From assembly GCA_963422735.1 (NCBI GenBank), contig OY730476.1, forward strand, positions 3,520,001-3,584,000: a DNA stretch of 64,000 nucleotides, in the 5' to 3' direction. This stretch comes from Candidatus Latescibacterota bacterium. GTDB taxonomy: Bacteria; Latescibacterota; UBA2968; UBA8231. Of this stretch, positions 60,795 to 64,000 are shown in pieces (position 1 is the stretch's first letter; every line of letters starts with the position of its first letter). The position numbers and the translations under genes are program-made. The notes beneath the pieces are model-generated. The model was not told the origin of the DNA and searched no databases. It saw only the letters and a program-made list of their open reading frames with translations.

Positions 60795-61584
60795 ATGTGT
60801 TGAGTCGTTCGCCACAGTGCGGGCAGCGGCGCTCCGGGTCTTCTGACCGGTGAGCCGCTAGGGCCTCGACAAATCCCGCACCGAGAATGCCGGCTGGCAG
60901 CGCAAACATTCCGATCCCTAAGATGGCGATGATGGCGGCGATGGTCTGGCCGAGGGCCGTGATCGGATAGGTGTCCCCGTAGCCGACCGTCGTCAAGGTG
61001 ACGATGCTCCACCACATGGTGGCCGGGATGCTGGTAAAGACTTCGGGCTGGTCCTCGTGCTCGATGAAGTACATCAGCGACGAGGAGAGGGCCAACAGGA
61101 TCAGGAGCACTAAGAAGATGCTAACAAGCTCTTCTTTGCGATCGGAGATGACTTGGCCGAGCAAGCGCAGAGCGCGGAAGTAGCGCACCAGCTTGAGGAC
61201 GCGGAAAATCCGTAGGACGCGTATCACGCGGATAAAGCGCGCATCCACGGTCGGGGGCGGTAGTAATAAAGGGATAATGGCCAGCAGATCGATGATGGCC
61301 AGGGGCGTTAAGGCAAAGCGGAGGCGCCCGGTTACGGGCCGCGAAAATCTCGGGTTGGCAGTGATAGCCCACAGGCGTACCACGTATTCAATAGCGAACA
61401 CGGTCAGCGAGCAATCCTCAAAAAGTTCAAAGGCGGCGCGATTGAGATTGTAGATAGGCTCGACGGTTTCGAGGAGCAGGGCAACGATGTTGAGCAAGAT
61501 TAGGACGATAATGGCCACATCGACGATGCGTCCCGGCTCATAGTCCGGCTCGATAAAGTGATAGACGCGCTCTCGGATGCTCAT
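60793..61584 (-). CDS. Voltage-gated potassium channel-like ion transporter
   Basis: S4 RVIRVLRIFRVLKLVR, filter TTVGYGD, C-terminal CPHCG. Confidence 0.93.
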   Translation of the reverse strand: MSIRERVYHFIEPDYEPGRIVDVAIIVLILLNIVALLLETVEPIYNLNRAAFELFEDCSLTVFAIEYVVRLWAITANPRFSRPVTGRLRFALTPLAIIDLLAIIPLLLPPPTVDARFIRVIRVLRIFRVLKLVRYFRALRLLGQVISDRKEELVSIFLVLLILLALSSSLMYFIEHEDQPEVFTSIPATMWWSIVTLTTVGYGDTYPITALGQTIAAIIAILGIGMFALPAGILGAGFVEALAAHRSEDPERRCPHCGERLNT

Positions 61585-61588
61585 TGGC

Positions 61589-62722
61589 TCACTTCCATTC
61601 GGCGAAGACCTCCTCGGCCAGTCCGAAAGCGGTGGTCATGCCGTTGCCGCCGAGGCCGTTGACGATTGTTACGCCGCGTGCAGGCTCGGCGATGAAAGCG
61701 GCTTGGTCGGGGTGTTTGGCGTAGATGCCGTGCCAGCGTTGGGCAATGTGCAGCACTGAAGCGGCGAGAAAGGTCTGGAGATAGTCGAGGATTAGCTGGT
61801 CAATTTCGGGTTTGTCAAAAGGGTTGACGACCCAGTCGTACTCGTGCGAGTCGCCGATGGTGATCTCGCCGAGGCCATTTTGCGAGGCCATGACGTGGAT
61901 GCCCCAGCGGTCGAATTCGGGGTGCTCGGCGGCGATGCGCTGCGTGTATGCAGCCAGTGCTTGGCAGCACTTGAAGGCCGGGTAATGGCGCAGCGTAAGC
62001 CCAGCGGCGAGCATTGGCCCGAGGCACCAGTTACCGGGCTGAGGCGTGGTGCGCATCATCTGCAACTTGCAGCGGGTGAGTCCGCTGCTGGCAGATACTT
62101 GGGGATAGAGCGATTCAAAGTCGGTGCCGCTACAGACAATGGCGCGGTCAACGGTCCAGGTTTCCGCTGGCGTGTAGATCAGAGGCAGTTCAATGTGGTG
62201 GACCGGGGTGGAGAAGCGCACGGCAACGCCGCACTCGTGCGCTAGGTAGCCCGGCAGCGCGGCAATGGCTTCGCGGGGATCGACGCAGAGTTCGGTCGTG
62301 CTCCAGAGGCCGCCTTTGAGTCCAGCAGGCTGCACGGCATGGCTGCGAGAGAGCACGGTGTCCCGGTTGAGCAGCTCGACCGAGTAGCCGAGGGCAGGGG
62401 CGCGGTCGGCAAACTCCGCCAGCACAGCGCACTCGTCGTCGGCATAAGCCAAGTGCAAGGAGCCGGTCTGGGTGCTCCAGATGCCCGCTTTGGGGGCGAG
62501 GTCGAGCCATATTTGGCGAGTGCGGAGGGCGCGTTGGTGCATGGGACCGGGGGCTTGGCCGATGGGCCAGATCATGCCGAAGTTGCGGATAGATGCCCCT
62601 TGCGCTTGGGGAGTGCGCTCGAAGAGGACGACGCGGTGGCCGCGATTGGCGGCGGCAAAGGCGTGGGCCAATCCGACGATGCCGGCACCGACTACGGCGA
62701 TATCCGCTTTGAGATCGGGCAT
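61589..62722 (-). CDS. TIGR03364-like FAD-dependent oxidoreductase
   Basis: VVGAGIVGLAHA, GASIRNFG, CKLQMMRT, IGDSHEY, GG.GMT. Confidence 0.85.
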   Translation of the reverse strand: MPDLKADIAVVGAGIVGLAHAFAAANRGHRVVLFERTPQAQGASIRNFGMIWPIGQAPGPMHQRALRTRQIWLDLAPKAGIWSTQTGSLHLAYADDECAVLAEFADRAPALGYSVELLNRDTVLSRSHAVQPAGLKGGLWSTTELCVDPREAIAALPGYLAHECGVAVRFSTPVHHIELPLIYTPAETWTVDRAIVCSGTDFESLYPQVSASSGLTRCKLQMMRTTPQPGNWCLGPMLAAGLTLRHYPAFKCCQALAAYTQRIAAEHPEFDRWGIHVMASQNGLGEITIGDSHEYDWVVNPFDKPEIDQLILDYLQTFLAASVLHIAQRWHGIYAKHPDQAAFIAEPARGVTIVNGLGGNGMTTAFGLAEEVFAEWK

Positions 62723-62941
62723 AGCAGGTGCCGGCGGTAGTTGTGAAAGGTGCGCAGGCGTTCAATGTAACGATCTAGAATGGTTGCGAACGCACCTTCC
62801 TTTTTGGGGCCGCCGATGATGCTGGCAAATGGCTGCATCAGGCTACGGCTCCATTGCAAAGAAAGTCAAAAAGGTCCCAGTTGCGTGCCTGCCCCGATGC
62901 CAATAACTCGGCGTATCTGTGCGGAGGCCGTGGGCATGAGA

Positions 62942-63673
62942 CTAGTGCGGCTTACGCCAGTGGCCTTCGAGCAGATCTTGCGGCACCCAGCCCAGTAGGC
63001 GCCGGGCCTTGGCATTGCTGTAGCGGCCGTGAGGAGTGTCCGTGGTGATGTGGAAGATCTCGCAGCGCGAAGGCAGGGACGCCAATTCTACCTCTAGGCA
63101 CTTTTGCAGGGCGCGGGCGGCGTCGGGAAAGGTGACGGAAAAGGGATTGGTGCCGCTGCCGAGTTGTTCCGCTGGCGGCTCGGCCTCGCGGAAGCTCGAA
63201 AAGAGGGTGGTGAGTACGTGGATGGGGTGGTTGGCGGCGAATACGCGGCAAATCTCTTGGCCGAGCGATTTGGTGTGGGCGTAGAGGTTGGTACCCGAAT
63301 GCAGGGGAACTTCCTCGTTGATGTCGAAGTCGTAGTACTCGTAGGAGGGGCCGACTTGGGTGAAGTGGGGACCGGTGTTGACGAAGCGGGTGTGCCCGTT
63401 CTCGACGGCGGCAAGAATGCCGTTGTACGTGCCGGTGGCGTTGACATCGAAGGCGATCTTGCGGTCAGGGCGCAGGACCGAACAGTTGATGGTTACATCG
63501 GTGTCCTCGGTGGCGCGGCGCACTTGGTCGAGGTCGGAGACGTCCACCTGCATGGTCTCGTGCGGACTGTCGATGGGTACGATGTCAGTGATGCGCAGCT
63601 CGTAGGTGTCCTCGAGTTGTTTGACCACGTGCGGACCGAGAAAGCCGTTGCCGCCTAGGAGCAGAACTTTCAT
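62942..63673 (-). CDS. NAD-dependent epimerase/dehydratase (uronate dehydrogenase-like)
   Basis: LLGGNGFLG, YAHTK, KARRLLGW.P. Confidence 0.82.
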   Translation of the reverse strand: MKVLLLGGNGFLGPHVVKQLEDTYELRITDIVPIDSPHETMQVDVSDLDQVRRATEDTDVTINCSVLRPDRKIAFDVNATGTYNGILAAVENGHTRFVNTGPHFTQVGPSYEYYDFDINEEVPLHSGTNLYAHTKSLGQEICRVFAANHPIHVLTTLFSSFREAEPPAEQLGSGTNPFSVTFPDAARALQKCLEVELASLPSRCEIFHITTDTPHGRYSNAKARRLLGWVPQDLLEGHWRKPH

Positions 63674-64000
63674 GGATTGGCCTCAAAGTTGTATTGGGGG
63701 GCGAATGTTAGGTGGCTCTTGGCGTGCTCGACAGAGAATCGGGCGCGTGCCGCAGCGGATTGGATGTGGATGGTGCTGTACTGGCTGGCGGGTCCCTTTT
63801 GCACAATCTGGGCCACGGCTTGGGCGGCGTCGCGCTCGTCGAGCCACATTGGATCGTAGGACTGTCCAGCAACCTCTTCGGCGCGGACGAGGTGGCCAAG
63901 GCGGGCAATGGTGAGGCGGATCGCATGGCTATGGGCAAATTCGCGGGCAGTAAACTCGGCTAGATGGGCACCGAGAACGGCCGACGCGCAGGAGGGCAGC
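63670..64000 (-). CDS. C-terminal part of epimerase/dehydratase-like protein (5'-truncated by window end)
   Basis: Open frame LAEFTAREFAH...ARLG...WLDERDAAQA...AKSHLTFAP; TGA overlaps the next ATG. Confidence 0.65.
   Translation of the reverse strand, partial: LPSCASAVLGAHLAEFTAREFAHSHAIRLTIARLGHLVRAEEVAGQSYDPMWLDERDAAQAVAQIVQKGPASQYSTIHIQSAAARARFSVEHAKSHLTFAPQYNFEANP

Overview
Chromosomal segment of a GC-rich bacterium. By inference it is an FCB-superphylum organism such as Ca. Latescibacterota or Gemmatimonadota, possibly a sponge or other host symbiont; this rests on FlgD-Ig/T9SS-type C-termini, plant-type LRRs and many orphan sugar catabolic genes. From left to right: two paralogous large Ig/Calx-beta-like surface proteins; a DUF3347-gldA/F/G-DUF4340-like ABC operon; a doubly inactivated hicBA island; a TrpD-like protein; and an ~11 kb surface-glycan locus. 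That locus holds two O-antigen ligase/Wzy_C proteins, a flippase, GT2, GT4 and a methyltransferase, and ends in decayed ligase/IS1595/TylF remnants. The rest is mostly metabolic: NUDIX x2, rhomboid, Gfo/Idh/MocA x3, esterase, dehydrogenases, DAHP synthase, MFS, sulfatase, UxuA-like, family 5 SBP, PhyH, enolase superfamily, CnoX, D-threonine aldolase-like, katG, Sec-containing selD, MlrC, K+ channel and TIGR03364-like oxidase. The most striking feature is an O-antigen ligase/polymerase (20545-23829) with four plant-receptor-type LRR modules inserted in its large extracytoplasmic loop. No rRNA, tRNA or CRISPR array was seen. All family calls come from motif recognition by eye; no database search was run.
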